From: Macrostomum lignano
Taxonomy: Eukaryota
Length of the DNA: 64,000 bases
Reading direction: 5' to 3'
Assembly: GCA_002269645.1 (NCBI GenBank)
Contig: NIVC01003933.1
Coordinates: 1 to 64,000 of the forward strand
Position numbers and translations under genes: made by a program. The notes under the pieces are model-generated. The model searched no databases. It had not been told where the DNA came from and worked only from the letters and a program-made list of their open reading frames with translations. Shown piece by piece: positions 1 to 13,905 of this stretch. Each line of letters opens with the position of its first letter. Position 1 is the first letter of the stretch.

Positions 1-490
1 ATACCAAATAGGGGAAAAGAATCCAAATAGGGAAAAGAATCCCAAAGTTGAAGAATCCGAAAGCTAGAATAGTCCAAAAGGGGAAAATAATCCCAGATTG
101 GGGAAAAGAATCCAAATAGGGCAAAAGAATCCCAAATAGGGAAAAAGAATCCCAAATGGGAAAAGAATCCCAAATGGGGAAAAGAATCCCAGATTGGGAA
201 AAGAATCCCAGATTGGGGAAAGAATCCAGATTGGGGAAAGATTCCCAAATTGGGGGAAATCCCAATAGGGGAAATAATACTAAAAGAAAGGATTCCCAAA
301 TATGGGAAAAGAATCCCAAAGCTGCATGGAAGAATCCCAAAAGGGGAAAGAATCCCAAAAGAGAAAGAATCCCGAATATGGGAAAAGAATCCCAAAGCTG
401 CATGGAAGAATCCAAAGAGAGGAAAAGAATCCCAAAGCTGTAAGAATTCCAAAAGGGGAAAATAATCCCACAGCTAGAAGAATCCCAATT
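1..490. repeat. Degenerate ~18-20-bp GGGAAAAGAATCCCAAAT repeat (FoxQ2 intron)
   Basis: Direct reading. Confidence 0.85.
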
Positions 491-521
491 CACGACAAAC
501 TTACACCCCCCGCAATTGAAG

Positions 522-1001
522 GCCGCTCCTCCAACGGCAAGGGTCACTACTGGTCGATTCACCCGGCCAATCTCGACGACTTTAAGCGAGGCGACTTCCG
601 CCGGCGTCGGGCCCAGCGCAAGGTGCGCAAAGCGATGGGGCTGGCCTGCCCCGACGAGGAGACACGCCGACCCCGTCGCCAACCGGCCCCGACAAATGCT
701 TCGACTGGCAGGCCGCAGCCGCCATGGCAGCCGCTGCCGCAGCGGCCGGCGCAGATTTCGGCCTGCCAATGACGTCATCGTTTCCGCCGCCCGTTTCTGC
801 AACATCAGCAGCAGCAGCAGCAGCAGCCGCCGTTCCAGACTCCCCAGCAACAGTTTCTGGCAACTTTGACGCCACTCCGGTGTACGACGGAAGCGAGGCT
901 TCGACATGGCTAGCCTACTGGCTCCGGAGGAGGCGTCTACGCCGCCAACGTCGACAATGTCGAGAGCGACTCGACCGCTTCTGTTGAACACGAGCTCTTG
1001 A
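522..1001 (+). CDS. foxQ2: Forkhead box Q2-type transcription factor, terminal exon only (upstream exon(s) outside window); two apparent -1 frameshifts
   Basis: After acceptor AG at 520-521 (phase 1) the frame reads GRSSNGKGHYWSIHPANLDDFKRGDFRRRRAQRKVRK, the FoxQ2-type end of the forkhead domain. It continues in another frame from ~661 (DTPTPSPTGPDKCFDWQAAAAMAAAAAAAG...) and in a third from ~891 (KRGFDMASLLAPEE, eh1-like), with TGA at 999-1001. The exact C-terminus is uncertain. Confidence 0.8.
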
Positions 1002-1129
1002 GGCCGCGCGCGAGCTTGAGTTAATGGCTCGGATTAAATTTTTTTAAACATTGCTTTGTTGTGGTCGATACTTAGATCTTCTCATCGCTAATTCAGATTT
1101 ATAAATCCCAATCCCAGATCCCTATTAAT

Positions 1130-1135
1130 AATAAA
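1130..1135 (+). terminator. Candidate polyadenylation signal of the FoxQ2 gene
   Basis: AATAAA ~130 nt after the putative stop; an ATTAAA also occurs near 1032. Confidence 0.35.
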
Positions 1136-1184
1136 AAGTCTCAAAGTCCCAAATCTAAACCATATTTTCAGCCCCGACATATTA

Positions 1185-1475
1185 GGTCCCTAATCCGAAA
1201 TTCCAAAAATCCCAGAATCCCAGAATCCCGAAATCCCGAATCTCAAATCCCAAATCCAAATCCCTATCCCAAAAATCCTAAAATCCAAATCTTGAATCAC
1301 AAATCCCAAAATCCCGAATCTCAAAATCCCCAATCCCAAATCCAAAGTCCCAATTCCCGAATCCCATATCGCAAATTCCAAAATCCCAAATCCCAAAATC
1401 CCAGAATCACAAAATCCCAAAAATCCCAAAATCCCATATCCCAAATCCCGCATCCCAAATAAAAAATCCCACATT
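1185..1475. repeat. Degenerate (AAATCCC)n-type repeat
   Basis: Direct reading; similar to 32965-33405. Confidence 0.8.
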
Positions 1476-2159
1476 CCAAGCTCACGCAGTTTCCTGTAAA
1501 ACTACTCAGCTAGTCAAGGCGCCTGATCGGCAAAAGTGTACGCAAGCACCCCTCTGATTGCGTCGCAGTGTCCGATGCAAGGCATCAAAGTATTCCAAAT
1601 AAATATGAATACACTTGTTCGCTTTTAATCTATTCGAACGCGTTTGAGCTTTCTAAGAAATGTTTCATTGTTCGGCCCCTCCCTAGTCACAGTTCTTGCT
1701 TAACTCGTTAAAGTTTAAAACAAAATCACGTCTCTGTTTATTAATAAGAATATTATTAAAAGTCTTTTGTTTTAATGCTTGTTTTACTTCCTTTGTTTTA
1801 CTGTTTTTGTTTGAACTTGAAGCAGTTTTGTTAAACAAAAATGTTTATATAATGTAATTATTGCTTGAAAACAAGTTTTGAATGCAAATTTTTCATTGAT
1901 TTAATAAACAATGCTCGTATTAAAAATGGCAGTAAACGTCACAATTATGAACGAAGATATTAACAATAATAATTATCATTATTAATAAATACACTTATCG
2001 CACGTTCAGTCCCTGCGCAGTTAATGCCTGGGCTTGCAAATTTGTCGCAGAAAAATTTATTGTAGATAAAAAAATTCGCTCAATTTGGACTTTCATATTT
2101 GATTGAATCTGAAAATGAAATCTACCGTATTGTTTTGTGATGAACTCTTCTTTCATCAC

Positions 2160-2790
2160 ATTCTCTCCTCCTCCCTATCTTTTCGCTCCTTCTCCCTTCT
2201 CTCCGCTCCCTTCTCCCCTTTCTCCTCTCACTTCTCCCCTCTCCTCTCTCTTCTCCCTTTCTCTCCGCTCCCTTCTCCTTCCTCTCCGCTCCCTTCTCCC
2301 ATCTTTCCGCTCCCTCTCCCCTCTCTCCTCTCCCTTCTCCCCTCTTTCCGCTCCCTTCTCCCCTCTCTCCTCTCCCTTCTCCCCTCTTTCCGCTCCCTTC
2401 TCCCCTCTCTCCTCTCCCTTCTCCCCCTCTCCTCTCCCTTCTCCCCTTTCTCCTCTCCCTTCTCCCTTCTCTCCGCTCCCTTCTCCCCCTCTCCTCTCCC
2501 TTCTCCCCTCTCTCTCCTCTCTCTTCTCCCCTTTCTCTCCGCTCCCTTCTCCCCTCTCTCCTCTCCCTTCTCCCCTCTTTCCGCTCCCTTCTCCCCTCTC
2601 TCCTCTCCCTTCTCCCCTCTCTCCTCTCCCTTCTCCCCTCTTTCCGCTCCCTTCCCCTCTCTCCTCTCCCTTCTCCCCTCTCACTCCGCTCCCTTCTCCC
2701 CTTTTTCCGCTCCCTTCTCCACCCTCTCTCTCCGCTCTCTTCTTTCCTCTCTCCGCTCCCTACTCCTTTTTCTCTCCTCCCTTTCCTGTC
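2160..2790. repeat. Polypyrimidine satellite (~21-bp CCGCTCCCTTCTCCCCTCTCT-like unit)
   Basis: Direct reading. Confidence 0.9.
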
Positions 2791-3837
2791 TGCTCACACC
2801 CCCATTAAATCTCAGACTGCACTCTCCGTCTTCTCTTCAATCCCATTAAGGCAGCCACAATGTCCATTGTTGGGGCAAACAACCCCAACCCCCAATCAAA
2901 GTGAGTGACAGTTGTCGTGTATTTAAAAAAACTTGATTCCCTCAACTTTCACTAGACTGAACCCTTCACAATGGCATTCAGCATAGCGAGAAAGTCGCCC
3001 CAGTCTTGTTCCGGGTGCAGAAACTCTCAATTTTTTTGCTTGCTAAAGAAATCACAGCCAGTTGGTGCTGATGAAGGTGGCTGAGGCAAAGATGCTGGCG
3101 GATGTTGCAGTAATCCCAGAAGAGGATATTTAAAAATGAATCTCAGTGAATTGCTTTAGTAGAAATGTTTTATACAAACTGGGCCTGCAGCTATAAGAAT
3201 AGAGTTGATTTTTTTACAAAACTCTTTCAATAAAGTTGAATTCATAATCTTTTTTGCCAGTCAGACAGGCAGACGGGGCTCTGTAGCCGGAAATGCAGAA
3301 GTGGGTATAAGATTGAGAGCTAGTAAAGCTACCGTGAAGGATCAGTAAGCTGACGGCAAGCTCTCTCTCTCTCTCATTCTCTCACTTCGGTAAGAGCCAC
3401 TTTCCCGTCATCATAAATTTGCCCAGCCTCCGGAGGCCTGATCAGACCTGACAACGTGAGCCCCATCGGAGTGGCAGGCAGGGCAGGCATTTCCCTAAAT
3501 AATTTGCCAAGCATTTGCACCACACTTTGCGTTGAAAAACTCTCTAGGAAGTGGGCGGGCTGGCTAATAGGATCAAGGAAGCACGCGAGGATGTCGGGAG
3601 CTCGAGATCAGCTAGACCGGGGGCAGAAAGAGTGGCAAAATTAATCGAGAAAGATCGAGAGTTAGGATTGTGACAGATTTTGAGCAAATTAAATTGACTG
3701 TTGGGGATTAAGTCAGAGAATCACGGAACCTGAAGATTTTTTACACGCTGATATTTTTGCTTCTGAATGCGCCGAGTTTCTTTTGGGTATTTTCTTTATT
3801 TCAGCAAAATCTTAAATTATGTTAACTGTGGATACGT

Positions 3838-4630
3838 TATAGATAGATTAGAGATCGATCACAGATAGATTAGAGATCGATCACAGATAGATTAGAGATC
3901 GATCACAGATAGATTAGAGATCGATCACAGATAGATTAGAGATCGATCACAGATAGATTAGAGATCGATCACAGATAGATTAGAGATCGATCACAGATAG
4001 ATTAGAGATCGATCACAGATAGATTAGAGATCGATCACAGATAGATTAGAGGTAGATCATTGATAGATTAAAGATGTTTAGAGATATATTAGAGATAGAT
4101 TAGAGATTAGAGATAGATTAGAGATACATCTAATCTAGGAGATCCCAGACAGATCGCACATAGATCACAGATAGATCAGAGATAGATCAGAGATATACCA
4201 CAGATAGATCACAGATAGATCAGAGATAGATCAGAAATAGACCAGAGCAGATAGATCACAGATAGATCACAGATAGATCACAGATAGATCACAGATAGAT
4301 CACAGATAGATCAGAGCAGATAGATCACAGATAGATCAGAGATAGATCAGAGCAGATAGATCACAGATAGATCACAGATAGATCATAGATCACAGATAGA
4401 TCAGAGATAGATTAGAGCAGATAGATCACAGATAGATCACAGATAGATCACAGATAGATCACAGATAGATCAAGGATAGATTAGAGCAGATAGATCACAG
4501 ATAGATCAGAGATAGATCAGAGATAGATCAGAGATAGATCAGAGATAGATCAGAGATAGATCAGAGCAGATAGATCACAGATAGATCACAGATAGATCAC
4601 AGATAGATCTGAGATAGATCAGAGATAGAC
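3838..4630. repeat. Compound array: 22-bp AGATAGATTAGAGATCGATCAC (~9 copies) then 11-bp GATAGATCACA/G units
   Basis: Direct reading. Confidence 0.9.
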
Positions 4631-5228
4631 CAGGGTTGACCAGAGAGAATAGATGGCACAACTGCCTGACTATTTGAATGACCAAATTTCTAGCCAAAGA
4701 ACGGATACTGCAATAATTAGTCATCCACACGGAGAAGATAATTACTCTGGTCTCAAATAGAAAAGTCAAATCAGCCCGGGTCTCCTTGCTTGAAAGGCAA
4801 CAAGCACAAAGAGGAACAGACTGGGAGCTCCTTGTTTCAATTCCTGCATTCTGAATTTTTAAACATCATTTTGGACCTGTAATTCCCAGAAAGACTACAA
4901 TTTGCTTATGTTGGGGCATCAACTCCTGAAGGATAGACACAGTCGGCTTAGTGAGTGAATTTTTCTTCCCAGAAGACATGGCCAGTTAAATTGATATCTT
5001 GTGTTCCAACTCAAAAAATTGGGCAATATTGTCCCGGAGCATGGCAACTCATACTCTCGATTTTGAGACAGCGCTTGGCGCCAAAATTCTTAATTAGGGG
5101 GGGGGGATTTTTTAATTCTCTCGGGGCAGCGGCGTTGAGGCCTGAGCTGAATGGTGAGGGGGTTCAGCCGTGACATCAGTTATGATCTCATCAGCTGATA
5201 TCCGCCTGATCCACCGCTTGATTTCGGC

Positions 5229-5985
5229 TTGAGCCTGTCTCTGAGCCTGTCTCTGAGCCTGTCTCTAAGCCTGTCTCTGAGCCTGTCTCTGAGCCTGTCT
5301 CTGAGCCTGTCTCTGAGCCTGTCTCTGAGTCTGTCTCTGAGTCTGTCTCTGAGCCTGTCTCTGAGCCTGTCTCTGATTCTGTCTCTGAGTCTGTCTCTGA
5401 GTCTGTCTCTGAGCCTGTCTCTGAGTCTGTCTCTGAGTCTGTCTCTGAGTCTGTCTCTGAGTCCGTCTCTGAGTCTGTCTCTGAGTCTGTCTCTGAGTCT
5501 GTCTCTGAGTCCGTCTCTGAGTCTGTCTCTGAGTCTGTCTCTGAGCCTGTCTCTGAGACATCTGAGCCTGTCTCTGAGTCTGTCTCTGAGCCTGTCTCTG
5601 AGTCTGTCTCTGAGTCTGTCTCTGAGTTTGTCTCTGAGTCTGTCTCTGAGTCTGTTTCTGAGCCTGTCTCTGAGTCTGTCTCTGAGTCTGTCTCTGAGTC
5701 TGTTTCTGAGTCTGTCTCTGAGTCTGTCTCTGAGCCTGTCTCTGAGGCTGTCTTTGAGCCTGTCTCTGAGTCTGTCTCTGAGTCTATCTCTGAGTCTGTC
5801 TCTGAGTCTGTCTCTGAGTCTGTCTCTGAGCCTGTCTCTGAGCCTGTCTCTGAGTCTGTCTCTGAGCCTGTCTCTGAGTCTGTCTCTGAGTCTGTCTCTG
5901 AGTCTGTCTCTGAGTCTGTCTCTGAGTCTGTCTCTGAGTCTGTCTCTGAGGCTGTCTCTGAGGCTGTCTCTGAGTCTGTCTCTTA
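5229..5985. repeat. 12-bp minisatellite CTGTCTCTGAGY
   Basis: Direct reading, ~60 copies. Confidence 0.95.
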
Positions 5986-6002
5986 GTATGTCTTGGCATC
6001 TT

Positions 6003-6783
<781 letters not shown>

Positions 6784-7249
6784 ATCTGTGCTGAGCCTCG
6801 CTCTCCAACCAGCGCACCAAGAAGTCACCGAGCGCCCCGGTGGCCAGCTCTGAAATGGATCGCCCAAGGGGGCAGTCGAGTCCCAAAGTCTTTCAACTCC
6901 CCCAGTCCACTTTGCATTCGATTTTGACTCGATCAGTATGCAGCTCTGGCGGCTGTATTTTCACTTGGCCATTATGAAGGATAATATTGTTAAATCGTTG
7001 TCCCATCAGGGGGTGGCGCGAGATATCCCCAGTTAATTCTGTCCCGATCCCAAAGACTGGGCCAGGCCCCGGGGCTCGGATTCGGGTCCGGATTGCTGGT
7101 GTGAAAGTTGCTTCAAATTGTCTCAAAAATCTTCACCGATCCCCTTGGGGGAGCAGAGATTTGCATCTGGTTACTTTGGAGTGAAAGCAGAAAATTCTGC
7201 CTCAGCTGACAGCTGCCAAGTCTTCTGCGAGTTGGCTTTACAGTAGCGT

Positions 7250-7742
7250 TCATTACAGCAGCATTGATTACAGTAGCATTGATTACAGTAGCATTGATTA
7301 CAGTAGCATTGATTACAGTAGCATCGATTACAGTAGCATTGATTACAGTAGCATTGATTACAATAGCATTGATTACAGTAGCATTGATTACAGTAGCATT
7401 GATTACAGTAGCATTGATTACAGTAGTACTCATTACAGTAGCACTTATTACAGTAGCACTGATTACAGTAGTACTCATTACAGCAGCATTGATTACAGTA
7501 GCATTGATTACAGTAGCATTGATTACAGTAGCATTGATTACAGTAGCATTGATTACAGTAGCATTGATTACAGTAGCATTGATTACAGTAGCATTGATTA
7601 CAGTAGCATTGATTACAGTAGCATTGATTACAGTAGTACTCATTACAGTAGCACTTATTACAGTAGCACTGATTACAGTAGCATTGATTACAGTAGCACT
7701 CATTACAGTAGCACTCATTACAGTAGCAATCATTACAGTAGC
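7250..7742. repeat. 15-bp minisatellite GCATTGATTACAGTA
   Basis: Direct reading, ~33 copies. Confidence 0.95.
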
Positions 7743-8234
7743 AGGCACAATGCATTGTGATATCTACATGGCACAAGCAGACTTCATTGCCAACTTAGCA
7801 GACTAATAGGCACATATGCTTATTATTAAAACAGTAATATGAGATTCATGGAGTGTGGAACTAGCAACACACAGCTATGCTCAATGTACACAATGCCACA
7901 ACAGACAATAACTGTCATTCGATAAACTCAAACCTCAGCGGGCGGTCTTTATCAATGCGAAAATATTGTAAGCCTCTCATAACCTATACTTTATATCTGA
8001 TTACCATAGAATGGCGGTGAAAATTATTGCGTTGTACTGATTGACAGGAATATTGATTGGAATTGGGCGGAGAATGACAATTTCTGCAAAATGTTGTCCA
8101 ACTGCCAAATATGCGGGCCGAACAAGATTAGCGCTCTGTTATTATTAGTCTGGGTTCGAGCAGATTTTAGCGTCATCTTAACTTCAACTTTAACCTCACG
8201 CTTTCAAACTGCATGAGGTCAATGTCCCTGCCTA

Positions 8235-10635
8235 CCCAACTCTAGGTCTCCTGTCTACCCAACGCTCGGTCTTCTGTCTACCAAACTCTCAGTCTCCTAT
8301 CTACCCAACTCTCAGTCTCCTATCTACCCAACTCTCAGTCTCCTATCTACCCAACTCTCAGTCTCCTGTCTACCACCCAACTCTCAGTCTCCTATCTACC
8401 CAACTCTCAGTCTCCTATCTACCCAACTCTCAGTCTCCTATCTACCCAACTCTCAGTCTCCTATCTACCCAACTCTCAGTCTCCTATCTACCCAACTCTC
8501 AGTCTCCTGTCTACCCAACTCTCAGTCTCCTATCTACCCAACTCTCAGTCTCCTATCTACCCAACTCTCAGTCTGCTATCTACCCGACTCTCAGTCTCCT
8601 ATCTACCCAACTCTCGGTCTTCTGTCTACCCAACTCTCAGTCTCCTATCTACCAAACTCTCTCAGTCTCCTATCTACCCAACTCTCAGTCTCCTATCTAC
8701 CCAACTCTCAGTCTCCTGTCTACCACCCAACTCTCAGTCTCCTATCTACCCAACTCTCAGTCTCCTATCTACCCAACTCTCAGTCTCCTATCTACCCAAC
8801 TCTCAGTCTCCTATCCATCCAACTCTCAGTCTCCTATCTACCCAACTCTCAGTCTCCTATCTACCCAACTCTCAGTCTCCTATCTACCCAACTCTCAGTC
8901 TCCTATCTACCCTACTCTCAGTCTGCTATCTACCCAATTCTCAGTCTCCTATCTACCCAACTCTCAGTCTGCTATCTACCAAACTCTCAGTCTCCTATCT
9001 ACCCAACTCTCAGTCTCCTATCTACCCAACTCTCAGTCTCCTATCTACCCAACTCTCAGTCTCCTATCTACCCAACTCTCAGTCTCCTATCCATCCAACT
9101 CTCAGTCTCCTATCTACCCAACTCTCAGTCTCCTATCCATCCAACTCTCAGTCTCCTATCTACCCAACTCTCAGTCTCCTATCCATCCAACTCTCAGTCT
9201 CCTATCTACCCAACTCTCAGTCTCCTATCTACCCAACTCTCAGTCTCCTATCCATCCAACTCTCAGTCTCCTATCTACCCAACTCTCAGTCTCCTATCTA
9301 CCCAATTCTCAGTCTCCTATCTACCCAACTCTCAGTCTGCTATCTACCAAACTCTCAGTCTCCTATCTACCCAACTCTCAGTCTCCTATCTACCCAACTC
9401 TCAGTCTCCTATCTACCCAACTCTCAGTCTCCTATCTACCCAACTCTCAGTCTCCTATCTACCCAACTCTCAGTCTCCTGTCTACCCAACTCTCAGTCTC
9501 CTATCTACCCAACTCTCAGTCTCCTATCTACCCAACTCTCAGTCTCCTATCCATCCAACTCTCAGTCTCCTATCTACCCAACTCTCAGTCTCCTATCCAT
9601 CCAACTCTCAGTCTCCTATCTACCCAACTCTCAGTCTCCTATCCATCCAACTCTCAGTCTCCTATCTACCCAACTCTCAGTCTCCTATCTACCCAACTCT
9701 CAGTCTCCTATCCATCCAACTCTCAGTCTCCTATCTACCCAACTCTCAGTCTCCTATCCATCCAACTCTCAGTCTCCTATCTACCCAACTCTCAGTCTCC
9801 TATCTACCCAATTCTCAGTCTCCTATCTACCCAACTCTCAGTCTGCTATCTACCAAACTCTCAGTCTCCTATCTACCCAACTCTCAGTCTCCTATCTACC
9901 CAACTCTCAGTCTCCTATCTACCCAACTCTCAGTCTCCTATCTACCCAACTCTCAGTCTCCTGTCTACCCAACTCTCAGTCTCCTATCTACCCAACTCTC
10001 AGTCTCCTATCTACCCAACCCTCAGTCTCCTGTCTACCACCCAACTCTCAGTCTCCTATCTACCCAACTCTCGGTCTTCTGTCTACCAAACTCTCAGTCT
10101 CCTATCTACCCAACTCTCAGTCTCCTATCTACCCAACTCTCAGTCTCCTATCTACCCAACTCTCAGTCTCCTATCTACCCAACTCTCAGTCTCCTGTCTA
10201 CCCAACTCTCAGTCTCCTATCTACCCAACTCTCAGTCTCCTATCTACCCAACTCTCAGTCTCCTGTCTACCACCCAACTCTTAGTCTCCTATCTACCCAA
10301 CTCTCAGTCTCCTATCTACCCAACTCTCAGTCTCCTATCTACCCAACTCTCAGTCTCCTATCCATCCAACTCTCAGTCTCCTATCTACCCGACTCTCAGT
10401 CTCCTATCTACCCAACTCTCAGTCTCCTATCTACCCAACTCTCAGTCTCCTATCCATCCAACTCTCAGTCTCCTATCTACCCAACTCTCAGTCTCCTATC
10501 TACCCAACTCTCAGTCTCCTATCTACCCAACTCTCAGTCTCCTATCTACCCAACTCTCAGTCTCCTATCCATCCAACTCTCAGTCTCCTATCTACCCAAC
10601 TCTCAGTCTCCTATCCATCCAACTCTCAGTCTCCC
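8235..10635. repeat. 23-bp minisatellite CTACCCAACTCTCAGTCTCCTAT, ~100 copies
   Basis: Direct reading. Confidence 0.97.
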
Positions 10636-11544
10636 ATCAGCCTTGAGCATTCGGCAGTTTACTCACTCGGAGTCTCCGACAACGCGAATCCGAAATTCGA
10701 CCCCGCCCCAGGCCAGCCGCCTTCGCAATCAACCGAGAGATCGGATCAGCCCTGATCAAAGCCCAACCCCTCCTCCCCTAAGCGACACGATTTGGGAAAT
10801 ATTTCCCCAATCGTCTTCTTCAAGACCTTCCGCGTGTCACGCGCTACTCGGGGGGTTTCGACTCAACAGAAAAAATCAGGACCCCAGGCTAATTATCTCA
10901 CAGCCTTCTCCCTCATCTTTGCCGGGGTTGAAAAAATCTGACAATGAAGTGAGGAAGCGAGCATGGGGAATTTTCGACGTTTTCAGCGCGCTGAGACTCG
11001 GACAGACAGACAGACTGGTGGAGGACAGATTTGGAGATCGAGCGTGTTGAGAAAGATTAGCGCAGGCCCTAATTAGCTTTGTCGCCTATTAAAGCTGGGC
11101 GAGTTTTTATTTGGTTCGAAGCTCAAAGTTATGACCGGCTTAAACTATGGCTGACACTCTCGCCTGCTCTCTGCTCCCTCACCTGATTCCTGTGCGCCGC
11201 AGTCTCTGCTTTCCCCGTGCTCCCTTCTCCTTCTCTTCTCCTCTCTCCTCTCTCCTCTCCTCCTTTCTCCTCTCTCCTCTCTCCTCTCTCCTCTCCTCCT
11301 TTCTCCTCTCTCCTCTCTCCTCTCTCCCTCACTTCTCTTCTCTCTTCTCTCCTCTCTCCTCTCTCCTCTCACCTCTCTCCTCTCACTTCTCTCCTCTCAA
11401 TTCTCTCCTCTCACCTCTCTCTCTCCTCTCACCTCTCTCCTCTCACCTCTCTCCTCTCACCTCTCACCTCTCTCCTCTCTCTTCTCTCTTCTCACCTCTC
11501 TCTCTCCTCTCACCTCTCTCCTCTCACCTCTCTCCTCTCTCCTC

Positions 11545-11912
11545 CAGTGGAGTAGCCAGGGGGGGGGGTGGGGTTGGGCGCGGCGGATACCAAAAACCAG
11601 GAGGCAAATGAGTGCCTGCGGCGCTAAAATGAGTGCCTGCGGCGCCAAAGTGAGTGCCTGCGGCGCTAAAATGAGTGCCTGCGGCGCCAAAATGAGTGCC
11701 TGCGGCGCCAAAATGAGTGCCTGCGGCGCCAAAATGAGTGCCTGCGGCGCCAAAATGAGTGCCTGCGGCGCCAAAATGAGTGCCTGCGGCGCCAAAATGA
11801 GTGCCTGCGGCGCCAAAATGAGTGCCTGTGGCGCCAAAAGTGGCAATGGCATAAGGCATGGCCAGCCAGGCCAACCCGCCCCCCCCAATTGAAATTCCTG
11901 GCTACGCTACTG
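11545..11912. mobile_element. hAT-like MITE with internal 21-bp minisatellite
   Basis: TIRs CAGTGGAGTAGCCAGG ... CCTGGCTACGCTACTG (14/16 match); flanked by 8-bp direct repeat CTCTCCTC (11537-11544, 11913-11920); splits a CT-rich satellite. Confidence 0.75.
11607..11838. repeat. 21-bp minisatellite AAAATGAGTGCCTGCGGCGCC (~11 copies) inside the MITE
   Basis: Direct reading. Confidence 0.95.
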
Positions 11913-12654
11913 CTCTCCTCTCTCCTCTCACCTCTCTCATCTCTCATCTTTCTCTCTCCTCTCTCCTCTCCTCTCCCATTTCACATCTCACCTTTATCCT
12001 CTCTCCTCTCACCTCTCCTCCTCAATCCTCTCTCTCCTCCATCATCTCTTCTCTCTCCTTTATCCCTCCTCTATCCGCCCCATCACACCGAGAGGATCAA
12101 CTCCAAAGCAAGCACTAGGGCAATACCGATCGAAAATCGGGCGAGATTTAAGAATTGCCGCTTGAAAGTTGACCAGCCATGCAGCCCCCCAAAACGCGGT
12201 TTTTCATCAGTTCCACTCGCTTTCCTCCTGACCCCGGCGCGGCCGCCGCCTTATAACCCCCCGCCGAGCCCAAAGTCATTAGCTCACCGCAGCCGCCACC
12301 CCCAGCCCCCGCTGCCTCAGGTGCTAATTGTTTCCTAATGATTATTTGCTCACTTGCCCATAACCGCTTTACCGTTCGGCACTCACTTCAAGTTTCCACA
12401 CGCGGCATTCGTCACACTTGCCAATTTCTCACATCTCGGAACTTGAGAATCTTTTTCGAACTAAGAAAAATTGATTTTATAAGCTCGTTCAGGTGTTGGA
12501 AATTTTTCAAAGGACCCGTCATTAGGGAAAGCAATTTGCGGTTAAGGGATTTTTTAGAGTTAGCAGCAAACTTTTTGGAACCCTCTCTGCCCGCGATCAA
12601 AGCGATCAAAATTGAATCAAGGAACCGAAAATAGACGTTAGGGAGTAGAGAGCA

Positions 12655-12782
12655 GTGAGAAGGAGAGAGTAGACAGTAGACAGACAGCAGAGAGAGGACA
12701 ATAAACAGTAGACAGTAGACATTAGACAGTAGACACTGAGAGTAGACAGTTGAGAGTAGACAGTAGACAGTTGAGAGTTGAG

Positions 12783-12816
<34 letters not shown>

Positions 12817-12831
12817 GAGTAGACAGTAGAG

Positions 12832-12879
<48 letters not shown>

Positions 12880-12915
12880 GAGTAGACAGTAGACAGTAGA
12901 GAGTAGACAGTAGAG

Positions 12916-12956
<41 letters not shown>

Positions 12957-12957
12957 G

Positions 12958-13047
<90 letters not shown>

Positions 13048-13083
13048 GAGTAGACAGTAGACAGTAGAGAGTAGACAGTAGAG

Positions 13084-13145
<62 letters not shown>

Positions 13146-13155
13146 GAGTACAGAG
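12655..13155. repeat. 7-bp satellite AGTAGAC/AGTAGAG
   Basis: Direct reading. Confidence 0.93.
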
Positions 13156-13599
13156 TAAATAGTTGAGAGTAATGTCACAAAGCTATTGCATTATCGCAGT
13201 TGGCCAGTGGTAAAAGCCAGTGACAAGCTAAATTCAATCCAGTTTTTATCAGTTCAGATCGTGGCAGTCCTGTTTCCCAAGCTCGCCCCGAAAATGGAAA
13301 GTTGAGTTAGTTTAACAACATTTCTGACTGCCCAACAAAAACCCAAATTCTTCAGTCTGTTCCCGAATTTCGCTTTGAAGGTGAAATGGAAAGTTAATTG
13401 AAAACGAAAAGTTTCCATTTTTTTCGTTTCCCTGCTCCAGTTGAGATGCGGTGAAAAATAAGCGAAATTAGGCTTGCACAGGGACCGAGCCAGGACTTCT
13501 GGGTGAGAAGCCTGGGCGGGATCGGCAACCGGGAAAGTAAAAGCGTCAAAAAGCGGAAATTTCGCCTAGCATTTTGCCTAAATGACACTCATGGTTGTG

Positions 13600-13905
13600 G
13601 AAGTAGAGAGTATAGAGCAGAGAGTAGAGAGCAGAGAGCAGAGAGTAGAGAGTAGAGAACAGAGAGTAGAGAGCAGAGATCAGAGAGTAGAGAGCAGAGA
13701 GTAGAGAGCAGAGAGTAGAGGGCAGAGAGTAGAGAGCAGAGAGTAGAGAGTAGAGAGCAGAGAGTAAAGAGCAGAGTAGAGAGCAGAGAGTAGAGAGTAA
13801 AGAGCAGAGAGTAAAGAGCAGAGTAGAGAGCAGAGAGTAGAGAGTAGAGAGTAGGGAGCAGAGAGTAGATAGTAGAGAGCAGAGAGTAGTGAGCAGAGAG
13901 TAAAG
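13600..13905. repeat. 7-bp satellite AGAGAGY
   Basis: Direct reading. Confidence 0.9.

Larger units (their letters stand above)
11225..12065. repeat. Polypyrimidine (CTCTC-rich) satellite interrupted by the MITE at 11545-11912
   Basis: Direct reading. Confidence 0.85.

Noticed and set aside
7113-7806. Cys-rich (CYCNQ)n 'metallothionein-like' and (VINAT)n ORFs
   Set aside because: A 15-bp unit is open in several frames on both strands; no unique flanking coding sequence or splice context.
11457-11947. (MSACGAK)n / (GAAGTHF)n repeat proteins
   Set aside because: Translations of the 21-bp array inside a MITE.
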